The notes: generated by a model not told the origin, from the letters alone. 32,000 bases of DNA from Nitrosospira multiformis ATCC 25196 (GCF_000196355.1 NC_007614.1:3090001-3122000), one strand, 5' to 3'; counted from the first letter of the stretch, positions 1 through 10,616 are shown. A program made the numbers and translations.

Positions 1-160
1 TCAATTCGAGCAATGGGCGTGGGTCAGAGATATCCTGAATCTCCAGGACCGGAAACAGGCAGGGTTCTCCGCCTGCTGCTCGTATTTTCCCAGCGAGCCC
101 CCCCGCCTGATGGGAAGGACGCGTGACCAGGATATGGATCCCGGTCAGCGGCTTGCTCAC
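1..160 (-). CDS. hemD: Uroporphyrinogen-III synthase, N-terminal part (runs off window start)
   Basis: Minus-strand frame from GTG at 160..158 reads (M)[52 protein letters not shown], typical HemD N-terminus. GTGA overlap with the hemC stop. Missing from the ORF track because it is partial. Confidence 0.85.
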   Translation of the reverse strand, partial: MSKPLTGIHILVTRPSHQAGGLAGKIRAAGGEPCLFPVLEIQDISDPRPLLEL

Positions 161-1122
161 GGATGGCTCACGGGGTCAACCGCTTTCGATTCCAGCGCTA
201 CCAGAATCTCTTCCGCACCCTTTGCCTTCAGGTTCTTTGCCAGCTGCGCTCCTATCGAAGCGCAATCATCAGGGCTCCCGTTCAGCTCATCGCTTACCAT
301 GCGTATTCCATCCTGGCTGGCGACAAATCCGCGCAACCTAAGCACATGTCCGTCGATTTCAGCAAAGCCTCCCAAGGGCACTTCGCAACTGCCACCCAGG
401 GCGCGACTCATGGCGCGCTCGGCTTCGACGCAGCGTGCAGTGGGAATATGATGCAGCGGTTCCATGAGCTTGATCAAATCCGAGCGATCTGCACGACACT
501 CAATACCCAAAGCGCCTTGCCCTACTGCGGGCAGACTGAGATCGGGACTTAGCAGGGCGGTTATGCGCTCCGCAAGCCCCAGCCGTTTCAATCCCGCTGC
601 CGCCAGAATGATCGCTGCGAATTGACCCTCATCCAGCTTGCGCAAACGCGTCTGGACGTTGCCCCGCAACGGCTGCACCTGCAAATGGGGAAAGCGCGCG
701 CGCAACTGGCTTTCACGGCGAAGACTGGAAGTGCCCACTACGCTCCCCGGCGGAAGCGCATCCAGCCTCGCATACTTGTTGGAGACAAACGCATCCCGCG
801 GATCTTCACGCTCCGTAATCGCTGCCAGCGCGAATCCGGCCGGCATATCCATCGGCACATCCTTCATCGAATGCACGGCGATGTCAGCCCGCCCGTCCTC
901 CAGCGCCTGTTCCAGTTCTTTGATGAACAAACCTTTTCCGCCGATTTTGGATAGCGTCACATCAAGAATCTGATCACCCCGGGTCGTCATTCCGGATATT
1001 TGAAACTCCATTTGCGGGTATAATTCTGCCAGTCGATCCCGGATGAAATTGGCCTGCCACAGGGCAAGGGCGCTTTCCCGTGTCGCGATAACTATTTTAT
1101 TGGGAGTGGATGAATTAGGCAT
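157..1122 (-). CDS. hemC: Porphobilinogen deaminase (hydroxymethylbilane synthase)
   Basis: ORF 157..1245; conserved start is probably [23 protein letters not shown] at 1122. Motifs [64 protein letters not shown]. Confidence 0.97.
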   Translation of the reverse strand: MPNSSTPNKIVIATRESALALWQANFIRDRLAELYPQMEFQISGMTTRGDQILDVTLSKIGGKGLFIKELEQALEDGRADIAVHSMKDVPMDMPAGFALAAITEREDPRDAFVSNKYARLDALPPGSVVGTSSLRRESQLRARFPHLQVQPLRGNVQTRLRKLDEGQFAAIILAAAGLKRLGLAERITALLSPDLSLPAVGQGALGIECRADRSDLIKLMEPLHHIPTARCVEAERAMSRALGGSCEVPLGGFAEIDGHVLRLRGFVASQDGIRMVSDELNGSPDDCASIGAQLAKNLKAKGAEEILVALESKAVDPVSHP

Positions 1123-1268
1123 TCCTATTAAAATAAACAAAAGTTTGGAAATCCTGCCAGTGCTTATTTTACCATGGAGGATGCCAAAGCCGGACTGAAG
1201 TAGCAAACTGAAGTGCCAAACTAAGTACTTAGGGCATGTGCCCACATCTTCCAGAGAAGAGGTTGTTT

Positions 1269-4082
1269 ATGGCATCGCTCGCTTCCCCAAGCGAAAGTAT
1301 TGATACTAACCCTAATTACATCCATGACAAGGAACCGAAGGATGATCCTCTGCGCGAGGACATCCGCCTGCTCGGACGCATGCTGGGCGACACCCTGCGT
1401 GAACAGGAGGGCGAGCCTACTTTTGATCTGGTAGAAAATATTCGCCAGACAGCTATCCGATTTCGCCGCGACCAGGATCCGAAGGCGCGACAGGAACTGG
1501 ACAGACTGCTTAATCAGTTGAGCAACAAGGCTACCGAAGCAGTTGTTCGCGCATTCAGCCAGTTCTCGCAGCTATCGAACATCGCCGAGGATATGCATCA
1601 CAACCGCCGGCGTCGAAGCTACCTTTTAGCCCGGTCGCAACCACAGGCGGGCAGTGTCGCGCGCGCGCTCGACCTGGTTTTCTCCAAGGAAACAAGCAGC
1701 GCGGCCCTTGGCCGGTTCTTTGACAAAGCGCTCGTTTCGCCGGTGTTGACAGCCCATCCGACGGAAGTGCAGCGAAGAAGCATACTTGACTGCCAGTTGG
1801 CAATTGCTCGCTTGTTGAACGAGCGCGACCGGGTGCAGCTCACCCCGGATGAGCTAAGCAAGAACGAAGAGGGATTGCGCACCAACATTCAAATATTATG
1901 GCAGACGCGCATGCTGCGCTCGGCGCGTCTGTCCGTATATGACGAAATCAAAAATGGCCTGGCCTATTATCACTATACTTTTCTTACAGAAGTGCCGCAT
2001 CTGTATGCGGAAATCGAAGATCTGCTTGAACGCCGGATGGGCGATAAAGCTCCCCGTATTCCTCCGTTTCTTCGTATCGGCAGCTGGATAGGCGGCGACC
2101 GCGACGGCAATCCCTTCGTTACTCATGAGGTATTACTGCACGCCGCCGAGCGGCAATCCGCCCTGGCACTGGATTTTTACATGGGCGAGGTCCACCGGAT
2201 CGGCCGCCGGTTAAGCCTGACTGATCGCCTGGTCGACGTGGACGAAGCCTTGGCGGCGTTGGCCGAGGCTTCGCCCGATCGGGCGCCGAGTCGCGCTGAT
2301 GAGCCTTATCGCCGCGCCCTGATCGGTATTTACGCGCGCCTCGCTGCCACCAGCATGGGGCTCGGTCACGCCATCAGGCAACGGCGCCCGGTCGGTCCGG
2401 CGGAGCCTTACACTGACAGCCTGGAACTCGTGCGCGATCTCGATATCGTCATCCATTCGCTCGAACAACATAAGTCGGAGTTACTCGCGCGGGGCGATCT
2501 ACGTCGCGTGCGGCGGGCGGCCGAAGTATTCGGTTTTCATCTCGCGCCGTTGGACATGCGCCAGCACAGCCACATTCATGAGCAGGTCGTGGCCGAACTG
2601 TTCGAACGCGGCGCCAACCTGAAAGGCTATTCAGATCTGCCGGAAGCAGAACGTGTGCGCTGTCTCCTGACCGAAGTCAGCAGTCCGCGTCTTCTGCGCT
2701 CGCCTTACCTCGACTATTCCGAGCTTGCCCAGAGTGAATTGCATATCGTGGAGACGGCGGCCGAAATCCACCGACGTTTTGGTCCGGCGGCATTGCCCAA
2801 TTACGTCATTTCCAAAGCTGATGGGATATCCGACATCCTGGAAGTGGCGCTGCTGCTGAAAGAAGTAGGACTGCTGCGGGCAGGAGAAAAACCCTGCCTG
2901 CATATCAACATTGTTCCATTGTTCGAAACCATTGCCGACCTGCGTGGATGTGCCCGCATCATGGATGAATTGTTCTCGATCCCTTATTACCGCAAGCTGG
3001 TGGATTCGCGCAATGACGTTCAGGAAGTGATGCTCGGCTACTCCGATAGCAACAAGGATGGCGGATTCCTCGCAGCCAACTGGGAACTTTACAAGGCCGA
3101 AACCGAACTCACGAAGGTCTTTGCCAAGCATAAAGTCGAGCTGCGGCTGTTCCATGGACGCGGCGGCACGGTCGGACGCGGCGGCGGACCCAGCTATCAG
3201 GCAATACTGGCGCAGCCGCCGGGGAGCGTCAACGGGCAGATACGCATCACCGAGCAGGGCGAGGTCATCGGCAGCAAATATTCCGATCCGGAGATCGGAC
3301 GGCGTAATCTGGAAACGCTGGTCGCAGCAACCATCGAGGCGACGCTGCTGAGTCATGATACGCTTGGCCAATGCGCGGATGAATATTATGGAGTCATGGA
3401 AGTACTGGCAGGCGATGCCCTGCGGGCTTATCGCAGCCTGGTATACGAGACCCCCGGATTTAACCGGTATTTTCAGGAATCGACTCCGATAAAGGAAATC
3501 GCGGGACTCAATATCGGCAGCCGTCCCCCTTCCCGCAAAAAATCCGACCTGATAGAGGATCTGCGTGCCATTCCATGGACGTTCAGCTGGGGTGTCAACC
3601 GCGCGATGATTACCGGCTGGTATGGTTTCGGCACCGCAGTGGAAATGTTCGTGCAGCGCGAAGGCAAGGGCGACAACGGACTGGGACTCCTGCAGAAAAT
3701 GTATCAAGCCTGGCCGTTCCTGCAGACATTGCTGTCGAACATGGACATGGTGCTCGCCAAAACTGACATGGGTATTGCTTCGCGCTACGCTGAACTTGTT
3801 ACGGATGTGGAACTGCGGCGCGAAGTTTTCGGGCGGATACAAAAAGAATGGGAACTTAGCGTGAAATGGCTTTTTGCCGTGACCGGTCGAACTGAACTAT
3901 TGCAAGATAACCCCACGCTGGCGCGCAGCATTCGCAATCGTACCCCTTATATCGATCCACTCAATCATTTGCAGGTGGAACTGTTGCGCCGGTACCGGTC
4001 CGGGGACGCTACAGATGCGGTAACACGCGCCATCCAGCTTACTATCAACGGAGTTGCCGCCGGATTGAGGAACAGCGGGTAA
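1269..4082 (+). CDS. ppc: Phosphoenolpyruvate carboxylase
   Basis: Motifs VLTAHPTEVQRRS, GSWIGGDRDGNPFVT, FHGRGGTVGRGGGPSYQAI, C-terminal GVAAGLRNSG. Start taken at MASLASPSES rather than the upstream alternative at 1236. Confidence 0.98.
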   Translation: MASLASPSESIDTNPNYIHDKEPKDDPLREDIRLLGRMLGDTLREQEGEPTFDLVENIRQTAIRFRRDQDPKARQELDRLLNQLSNKATEAVVRAFSQFSQLSNIAEDMHHNRRRRSYLLARSQPQAGSVARALDLVFSKETSSAALGRFFDKALVSPVLTAHPTEVQRRSILDCQLAIARLLNERDRVQLTPDELSKNEEGLRTNIQILWQTRMLRSARLSVYDEIKNGLAYYHYTFLTEVPHLYAEIEDLLERRMGDKAPRIPPFLRIGSWIGGDRDGNPFVTHEVLLHAAERQSALALDFYMGEVHRIGRRLSLTDRLVDVDEALAALAEASPDRAPSRADEPYRRALIGIYARLAATSMGLGHAIRQRRPVGPAEPYTDSLELVRDLDIVIHSLEQHKSELLARGDLRRVRRAAEVFGFHLAPLDMRQHSHIHEQVVAELFERGANLKGYSDLPEAERVRCLLTEVSSPRLLRSPYLDYSELAQSELHIVETAAEIHRRFGPAALPNYVISKADGISDILEVALLLKEVGLLRAGEKPCLHINIVPLFETIADLRGCARIMDELFSIPYYRKLVDSRNDVQEVMLGYSDSNKDGGFLAANWELYKAETELTKVFAKHKVELRLFHGRGGTVGRGGGPSYQAILAQPPGSVNGQIRITEQGEVIGSKYSDPEIGRRNLETLVAATIEATLLSHDTLGQCADEYYGVMEVLAGDALRAYRSLVYETPGFNRYFQESTPIKEIAGLNIGSRPPSRKKSDLIEDLRAIPWTFSWGVNRAMITGWYGFGTAVEMFVQREGKGDNGLGLLQKMYQAWPFLQTLLSNMDMVLAKTDMGIASRYAELVTDVELRREVFGRIQKEWELSVKWLFAVTGRTELLQDNPTLARSIRNRTPYIDPLNHLQVELLRRYRSGDATDAVTRAIQLTINGVAAGLRNSG

Positions 4083-4170
4083 CTCCGGGCAGGAACGATA
4101 TCCCGGGGCACCTCTGAATTGCAGATTGCCTTGGTGCTCATCATGATTTACTGAAACAGCAAGTAAGGCC

Positions 4171-5595
4171 GTGGCAAAAAAACTTTACATCAAGACATTT
4201 GGCTGCCAGATGAACGAGTATGACTCGAAAAAGATGGCGGATGTGCTGCGTGATGCGCAGCACATGGAAAAAACGGATGATCCCGCCGCGGCTGACGTAA
4301 TTCTTTTCAACACCTGCTCGGTGCGGGAAAAAGCGCAGGAAAAGGTGTTTCATGACCTTGGGCGCGTAAGACATCTCAAGGCAGCCAATCCCGATCTGCT
4401 GATAGGTGTGGGCGGATGCGTTGCCAGCCAGGAAGGGGCGGAGATCGTCAAACGCGCGCCTTATGTAGACCTCGTGTTTGGTCCGCAGACGCTGCACCGG
4501 CTGCCGCAGATGATCTCAACGCGTCAGATTACGGGCCGTCCGCAGGTGGATATCTCCTTTCCGGAGATCGAGAAATTCGATCATCTGCCCCCGGCGCGCA
4601 CGGAGGGCGTAACCGCCTTCGTATCCATCATGGAAGGGTGCAGCAAGTATTGCAGCTTTTGTGTGGTTCCTTATACGCGCGGTGAGGAAATTTCACGTCC
4701 GCTCGACGATATCCTGACGGAAATCGCGGGTCTGACAAATCTGGGGGTCAAGGAAGTAACCCTGCTGGGGCAAAACGTCAACGCCTATCGCGGCAGGATG
4801 CAATATGCGGAAGAGGGCGAACTAGCAGACTTTGCGCTGTTGCTGGAATATCTCCATGAAATCCCGGGTATCGAACGCATCCGTTATACCACCTCTCATC
4901 CGAGGGAATTCACGCCTCGCCTCATCGAAGCTTACAAGGCTTCCCCCAAGCTGGTAAGTCACGTGCATTTGCCGGTTCAGTCCGGTTCGGATCGGATCCT
5001 CGCAGCCATGAAGCGAGGCTATACTTCGCTGGAATACAAATCGATCATTCGCCGGCTGCGTGCTGCCCGACCAGACATTTCGATTACCTCTGATTTCATT
5101 GTCGGTTTTCCCGGGGAAACCGAAGCAGACTTTGAGGCAACGATGAAACTGATCGAGGCGGTAAACTTTGATGGTTCCTTCAGCTTTATTTACAGTTCCC
5201 GTCCGGGGACTCCGGCAGCCGGATTGGAAGATACTACGCCGCATCAGGTCAAACTGGAGCGGCTGCAGCGGTTACAGGAAAAAGTGGAGCTACAGGCGCA
5301 AGCGATCAGCGTCAGGATGGTTGGGACGACACAACGCGTTCTGGTGGAAGGCTTGTCCAGAAAAGATCCCGGCGAATTGAGCGGCCGCACCGACAATAAC
5401 CGTGTGGTCAATTTTCCCGGTTCTCCCGAAATGATAGGAAAATTTGCAGAGCTAAAAATTACCGCAGCCTTGTCCCACACTCTACGTGGTGAAAACGTAA
5501 GAGCCGATGACGCTCCAATAGAGCCGGAGGCGGCAATTTTTCGGCGCTATGGCGCGGGTCCTGATTCGATCGGCAACCGCGACAATTTAACTTGA
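4171..5595 (+). CDS. miaB: tRNA-2-methylthio-N6-dimethylallyladenosine synthase (radical SAM methylthiotransferase)
   Basis: [20 protein letters not shown]-terminus, radical SAM motif [19 protein letters not shown]-like C-terminus; GTG start. Confidence 0.97.
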   Translation: MAKKLYIKTFGCQMNEYDSKKMADVLRDAQHMEKTDDPAAADVILFNTCSVREKAQEKVFHDLGRVRHLKAANPDLLIGVGGCVASQEGAEIVKRAPYVDLVFGPQTLHRLPQMISTRQITGRPQVDISFPEIEKFDHLPPARTEGVTAFVSIMEGCSKYCSFCVVPYTRGEEISRPLDDILTEIAGLTNLGVKEVTLLGQNVNAYRGRMQYAEEGELADFALLLEYLHEIPGIERIRYTTSHPREFTPRLIEAYKASPKLVSHVHLPVQSGSDRILAAMKRGYTSLEYKSIIRRLRAARPDISITSDFIVGFPGETEADFEATMKLIEAVNFDGSFSFIYSSRPGTPAAGLEDTTPHQVKLERLQRLQEKVELQAQAISVRMVGTTQRVLVEGLSRKDPGELSGRTDNNRVVNFPGSPEMIGKFAELKITAALSHTLRGENVRADDAPIEPEAAIFRRYGAGPDSIGNRDNLT

Positions 5596-6455
5596 TTACG
5601 CCCAGCCTCTTTTGCTTGATAGAGCGCTTGATCGGCGGCTGCGATAAGCTCACCGATATCATTAACCTGTCCGCAACTCGTCGCGATACCTATGCTCACA
5701 GTCATGTCAATTTGTCCCGCACGGCTGTTGGCAGGCTCGCTCCTGATGGAGCTACAGATTCTTTCGCCCAGGGCCAGGGCCTCGCTCCAGTCACAACCCG
5801 ATGCCGTAATGAGAAATTCCTCGCCTCCATAGCGTCCGACCCGGTCATAACCCCGTAATACACCTGACATACGGCGGGCTGCCTCTTGCAGTATTTCATC
5901 ACCGGTCGGATGCCCATAGGTATCGTTGATTCGCTTGAAGTGATCGAGATCCGCTATCATCACACTCGTGCAGATATCCTGCCGCGCTCCTCGCTTCAAC
6001 TCCTTCTGCAGATAATCCATGATGGAGGCTCGGTTCCATACGCCGGTCAAATAATCCCGCGTGGCCTGGATATGTAGCTTTTGATGCAGGCCAAGTATTC
6101 GTTCAGCCACCCGTAGCCGGGCTGCCAGCTGTTCTTCATCGAACGGTTTAGTAATGAAATCATCTGCCCCTGCGTCCATGCCTTCGAGATAGCTGCCCTT
6201 GCTGTCCAGCGCAGTAAGAAGGATGATGTAGGTATATTGCAGGCCCGGTTCGCCGCGAATCATTCTGCATAATTGCAGACCATCGATATCAGGCATCATC
6301 CAGTCGGAGATGAGCAGCGGATATTCATCCTTTTGCCAGGCTTCCCATGCCTTACGCCCATCCTCTACTGCCGTTACGGTATGACCCAGTTTCCTGAGGG
6401 TGGCGGCAAACAACAGGCGCGAGGTCGTGTCGTCTTCGGCAATGAGTATCTTCAT
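5547..6455 (-). CDS. Response regulator with REC and GGDEF (diguanylate cyclase) domains
   Basis: REC: [25 protein letters not shown]...[21 protein letters not shown]; GGDEF: [21 protein letters not shown]...RYGGEEF, with RGYD five residues upstream matching the RxxD inhibitory-site position. Start at the internal Met (6455). Confidence 0.95.
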   Translation of the reverse strand: MKILIAEDDTTSRLLFAATLRKLGHTVTAVEDGRKAWEAWQKDEYPLLISDWMMPDIDGLQLCRMIRGEPGLQYTYIILLTALDSKGSYLEGMDAGADDFITKPFDEEQLAARLRVAERILGLHQKLHIQATRDYLTGVWNRASIMDYLQKELKRGARQDICTSVMIADLDHFKRINDTYGHPTGDEILQEAARRMSGVLRGYDRVGRYGGEEFLITASGCDWSEALALGERICSSIRSEPANSRAGQIDMTVSIGIATSCGQVNDIGELIAAADQALYQAKEAGRNQVKLSRLPIESGPAP

Positions 6456-9400
6456 GGTCGAGTTGCATCCGGCAGCGCTACGCAATCGAGCTCTGACTGG
6501 GTAATTTCATGCTGCACGCGTCCAAATTCCATTTCAATTTGCTCAATTAAAGTAACTGCTCCAGTCATGTCGCCGGCCTTGCCTGCGAGTTCCAGCTTTT
6601 GAGCCATATCCGTCAGGGAATGCGCGCCGATATTGGCGCTGGCGCCTTTGATGGCATGAGCAGTCTTGTGCAGAAGTTCCATATTTCCTCCTGCGAGGGC
6701 CTCCTTCAGCGCATCGATGCGCTTCGCCCCATCGCTCAGAAACGATGTGAATATCTGGGTAATCAAGGATGGGTCGGTCGCTTCCGCGAGCGATCGAAGT
6801 CTTGCAACGACTTCCGCATTCAGTGCAGAGGATGCGGAAGACATCGAAAGGGATGAAGAAACGGGTAGAGAGGAAGGGACTATTGGTGGGGAATGATTCG
6901 GAGTGCTGTCTGCCATCGACTTTTCATGCCTTGCCGTGGGAGATGTTTCACTTTTCTGCCCCTGTTCTCTACCCGGCATCCAGCGCTTCAACGCTGCCGC
7001 AAAATCCTCCAGCTTTACCGGTTTGCTGATGTAATCGTCCATGCCCGCGCGCAGGCAACGTTCTCTATCACCCTGCATGGCCTGTGCCGTTACCGCAATG
7101 ACGGGAAGCCGCGATTTGCTGTCAGGGCGGCGGCGAAGTGCGGCAGTGGCTTCAAAACCATCCATCTCTGGCATCTCGCAATCCATAAACACCATATCAT
7201 AGAGAAATGCATCCACCATCTCCATGGCTTCACGGCCATTGGTGGCAACATCTACCAGACAGCCCAGATTGCGCAATATCATCGCTCCGACGATCTGATT
7301 GGTAGCATTGTCCTCAGCAAGCAGTACGCGTGTACCGGCAAACAGACCATTCGAGCTATCCGCGGCCTGCATCTCGGGATTCGCCGGGAAGAAAGGCTGA
7401 CTGATGAGATTTATAGTTCGCTGGTGGCGTTGCGCGTCCCAGATATTTACCAGAGTCGACAGTAATTCCGATTGCCGCGCCGGCTTGACCAGATAGGCCG
7501 CAAAGCCGATCTTCTGAAGCCGCTCTCTGAGATCGCCTTCCTGTCCCAGGGAACTCAACATCACCAGATGAATACTGCGGAGCAATGGATCCGCCTTGAT
7601 GGTCCGGCCCAGCATTTCTCCGTCCATATCCGGCATCTGATGATCGAGAATCGCAATCCTGTAGGGATCACCGGAGGCGTGAGAGGTGTGCAGGGCCCGC
7701 AAGGCTTCTGCCCCGGAGGGGCAGCTGCCGATACGCATCCTCCAGCTGCGCAACTGCTCTTGCAGCACGAGACGATTAGCCGCGTTATCGTCCACAATCA
7801 GCACCCGAACATGTGTCAGGTCGATGTGCAGACCCGCATCCGTCGGCCAATTTTTCTGCAAGGCCAAAGGTAGCGTAAACCAGAACGTTGACCCAGCGCC
7901 CACCCGACTCTTCGCAGCGATGGTCCCCCCCATTAGCTGGACCAGTTGCTTGCTGATAGCCAGTCCCAGGCCTGTCCCGCCATAACGCCGCGTGGTAGAG
8001 GCATCTGCCTGCGTGAATTTGTCGAAGATGCTTTGCAGCTTATCCGGCGCGATTCCCAGTCCGCTATCTTCGACGCTGATGCGGAGTGATACCTCATCTT
8101 CACTGAGAGCCTCGGCTTCTACATCGATGAGTACGTGGCCCTTGTCTGTAAACTTGATTGCATTGTTGGTCAAGTTTATCAGTACCTGGCGAATGCGCCC
8201 GAGGTCGCCGAATACATAACGCGGCACATTCGGCAGGTAACGTACTATTACATTCACATTTGCCTTTCTTGCCGGCTGCATGGCAACCATGCCGGCTACC
8301 TCTTCAACGGCCTGAAGCAGATCAAAAGGAACCGGTGAAATAACGAGTTTACCGGCCTCGATTTTGGAGAAATCTAGAATGTCATTGATTATACAAAGCA
8401 GCGTTTCGCCACTCGCGCGAGCCAGTCCCGCCAGCTCGCGCTGCGAGGGGGTTAGCGTGGTGTTCAAAAGCAGCCCGACTGCCCCGAGCACGCCGTTCAT
8501 CGGGGTGCGGATCTCGTGACTCATATTTGCCAGAAACTCGCTTTTGGCCCGATTGGCAGCCTCTGCCGCTTTTCGGGCATTCTGGAGCTCTCTCTCGATA
8601 TTCTTCCTTGCGGTGATATCCTGGCCCGAAAAGTAGAATTCACGGACATCCTGCGCAGCAGCTATATTCCACAAAACCCAGCGAAAGGAGCCATCCTTGC
8701 ACCGCATCTGGCTTTCAAAGGAAACATTGCTACCCATGACGAGCTTGTCCAGCTCTGCCGCCGTATCTGCGCGTGAACCGGAGAAGACAAGGTCCATAAA
8801 AGGCTTGGACAGCAATTCCTCCTCCGAATAGCCAAAAACTTTGGTCCAGGCTGTATTCACCCGCTTGAAACGATTGTCAAACCCGGAAATCGCAAGAAAG
8901 TTGAGAGACTGATTGAAATACCGATCACGTTCAGCCTGAGCCACGATGAAGGCGCGGGAAAGGCTACCTATCTCGTCGTTCGAGTCAATGTAGAAACTGG
9001 GCGAGTTGCTCGCCTCTCCGATATTCCTCGCTTTATCTTCGAGCCATGCAAGATTTTGCACCTTCCGATGCACGACACGATACGAAAAGGCAAACCAGGC
9101 CATGAGAAAGGCAAGCATGAAAAACACGCCGGATATATAAAGATTGGCGCGGTTTTGGGCGAGAGCCATGGTATTGCGAGTACGCTTGTCGAGCAATTCA
9201 TGAAACTCGTTCAACAACCGTATGATCTCGGCCTTGGCCGTGTGGTAGCTCTCATCATGCAGCAGGCTGCTGGCCAATGCGGCATCGGGCGCACCCTTCA
9301 CGCCGAATTCTCCGGCTGAATCCTGAAATAGCCCTTTCATGGCATTGAATGCCTTGTACTCTCGCTCCGTCAACTGGTTTGAGCGATTTTCGGCTTTCGT

Positions 9401-9808
9401 AAGTTTTGCAAGCTCGGTCGCCGTAAATCCGAGTTTCCTTATTTGCGATCTCAAGGAAATCCTGCGCCCCGGCGCGGACTCCGGGTTCAAATGACCGAGG
9501 ATCAGATCCCAGTGGCCGCGCTCGTAATGCAGCGGGCGTTCCTTATCGCCGTTGCGGATGGCCAATATATCGAAGTAGATTTGTTCAAACTTTGGATTGC
9601 CTGTGGCGACATAGGCTCGGGCCGTGCGCGTCAAGTCATCGGAAGACTGGCGCAGCTCATCCACTGCAAGGAAGCCGGCATAGCGCACGTTTTCGGCCTC
9701 GTTCAGTTTCCGGAGCTCGAAGAAACGAAGCGCAACAAACAGAGTAAGCAGGGAAATAAGTACTCCGGTTACGAGGTAAAAAATATAACTCATTTTCCGA
9801 ATTGTCAT
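6452..9808 (-). CDS. Hybrid sensor histidine kinase: TM - extracytoplasmic region - TM - HAMP-like - PAS - HisKA - HATPase_c - REC - REC - HPt
   Basis: SEFLANMSHEIRTPMNGVLG (HisKA), TNNAIKFTDKGH and GGTGLGLAIS (HATPase), two REC domains (HVRVLIVDDNAANR...; GTRVLLAEDNATNQ...MDCEMPEMDG), HPt HKTAHAIKGASANIGA. Start at MTIRKMSYIFYLV, preceded by GGAAGGAG. Confidence 0.95.
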   Translation of the reverse strand: MTIRKMSYIFYLVTGVLISLLTLFVALRFFELRKLNEAENVRYAGFLAVDELRQSSDDLTRTARAYVATGNPKFEQIYFDILAIRNGDKERPLHYERGHWDLILGHLNPESAPGRRISLRSQIRKLGFTATELAKLTKAENRSNQLTEREYKAFNAMKGLFQDSAGEFGVKGAPDAALASSLLHDESYHTAKAEIIRLLNEFHELLDKRTRNTMALAQNRANLYISGVFFMLAFLMAWFAFSYRVVHRKVQNLAWLEDKARNIGEASNSPSFYIDSNDEIGSLSRAFIVAQAERDRYFNQSLNFLAISGFDNRFKRVNTAWTKVFGYSEEELLSKPFMDLVFSGSRADTAAELDKLVMGSNVSFESQMRCKDGSFRWVLWNIAAAQDVREFYFSGQDITARKNIERELQNARKAAEAANRAKSEFLANMSHEIRTPMNGVLGAVGLLLNTTLTPSQRELAGLARASGETLLCIINDILDFSKIEAGKLVISPVPFDLLQAVEEVAGMVAMQPARKANVNVIVRYLPNVPRYVFGDLGRIRQVLINLTNNAIKFTDKGHVLIDVEAEALSEDEVSLRISVEDSGLGIAPDKLQSIFDKFTQADASTTRRYGGTGLGLAISKQLVQLMGGTIAAKSRVGAGSTFWFTLPLALQKNWPTDAGLHIDLTHVRVLIVDDNAANRLVLQEQLRSWRMRIGSCPSGAEALRALHTSHASGDPYRIAILDHQMPDMDGEMLGRTIKADPLLRSIHLVMLSSLGQEGDLRERLQKIGFAAYLVKPARQSELLSTLVNIWDAQRHQRTINLISQPFFPANPEMQAADSSNGLFAGTRVLLAEDNATNQIVGAMILRNLGCLVDVATNGREAMEMVDAFLYDMVFMDCEMPEMDGFEATAALRRRPDSKSRLPVIAVTAQAMQGDRERCLRAGMDDYISKPVKLEDFAAALKRWMPGREQGQKSETSPTARHEKSMADSTPNHSPPIVPSSLPVSSSLSMSSASSALNAEVVARLRSLAEATDPSLITQIFTSFLSDGAKRIDALKEALAGGNMELLHKTAHAIKGASANIGAHSLTDMAQKLELAGKAGDMTGAVTLIEQIEMEFGRVQHEITQSELDCVALPDATRP

Positions 9809-9835
9809 CGATCTCCTTCCTTGTGAACCGCTGAA

Positions 9836-9867
9836 CAAATCCCTCGAGGGCGCAACGGAGGGATTTG
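9836..9867 (-). promoter_or_regulatory. Candidate regulatory hairpin or operator upstream of the hybrid kinase
   Basis: Perfect 10-bp inverted repeat CAAATCCCTC (9836-9845) / GAGGGATTTG (9858-9867) with the overlapping perfect palindrome CCCTCGAGGG at 9841-9850; lies 27 bp upstream of the kinase ATG. Confidence 0.45.
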
Positions 9868-10616
9868 CGGGGTGAGATGCACGAAAGGCGACGGTGCGAA
9901 TGTGCGCTCTCGGAGAGAGGAGCAATGTCTTTCAAAGAAAGATGGAACCTCGCAGCGGGATGCTTGCGCTCCAGATTCGGTCTTGCGGTCGTTACACTAG
10001 GACACTGCCCCATCCGCTTCGCGGAATCCTCGGGCCCGCTTTGGGGTGCCACTTCCCAGAACTCCCTGGCATCGCTATAACACGTAAATGCGCAAGCTGC
10101 GACCTTTGTGCGCGCCTCTTGATCATCGCGATTTTAACAGCAACGCGCACCGCAGACGATTTGTTCAGTGATTCCTTTCGTCCCGGCTGGAATTGCCCGT
10201 TCCGATCCTGAACGAAGCTGGCGTGCGCATCAAAGGCAACTGAGCTTTTTAACAGGGGTCGAACTCCCAAAAAATTTATGGTCCCCCTGTTCAATCAACA
10301 CCTGAGGCAATGATCCTCTTTCCGCGTGCCGGGTCTGTACCTGGCTTTTCAGGCCGCCTCTGCCTCTTAATACCGCTGTCACAAAGGCAAGTTCCAGGCA
10401 ACTGGAGCATATTACAAGTGCATAGTGATGATGAGCGGGAAGGACATAGTGCCAGATGAACGATCCGTTAGGCATACAAGATTTGCCTGCCCTTCCCAAC
10501 CGCGCCTCTACTGACTATCATCTCCCCTCCGCCCGACTTCTCTTTCCCATTTCCTTACCGGAGCGAAGGGTCAACCAATAGGCAAAGCGATTTCAACCTT
10601 TCCTGAGTAGGATGAG

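Noticed and set aside
2631-3842. 403-aa minus-strand ORF inside ppc
   Set aside because: Entirely antisense to the highly conserved PEP carboxylase coding sequence in a GC-rich genome; no recognisable motifs.
6599-9319. Several plus-strand ORFs antisense to the hybrid kinase
   Set aside because: They lie fully within recognised kinase, REC and HPt domains and show no protein motifs.
10251-10291. Possible tRNA T-arm (GGGGTCGAACTCCC) in the gap
   Set aside because: The TTC of a T-loop is missing and no acceptor, D or anticodon arms can be built around it.
9865-10499. Small ORFs on both strands in the kinase-phoH gap (for example 9894..10211 +, 9992..10294 -, 10230..10499 -)
   Set aside because: No domain signature, unusual composition, and no convincing ribosome binding site; likely random open frames.
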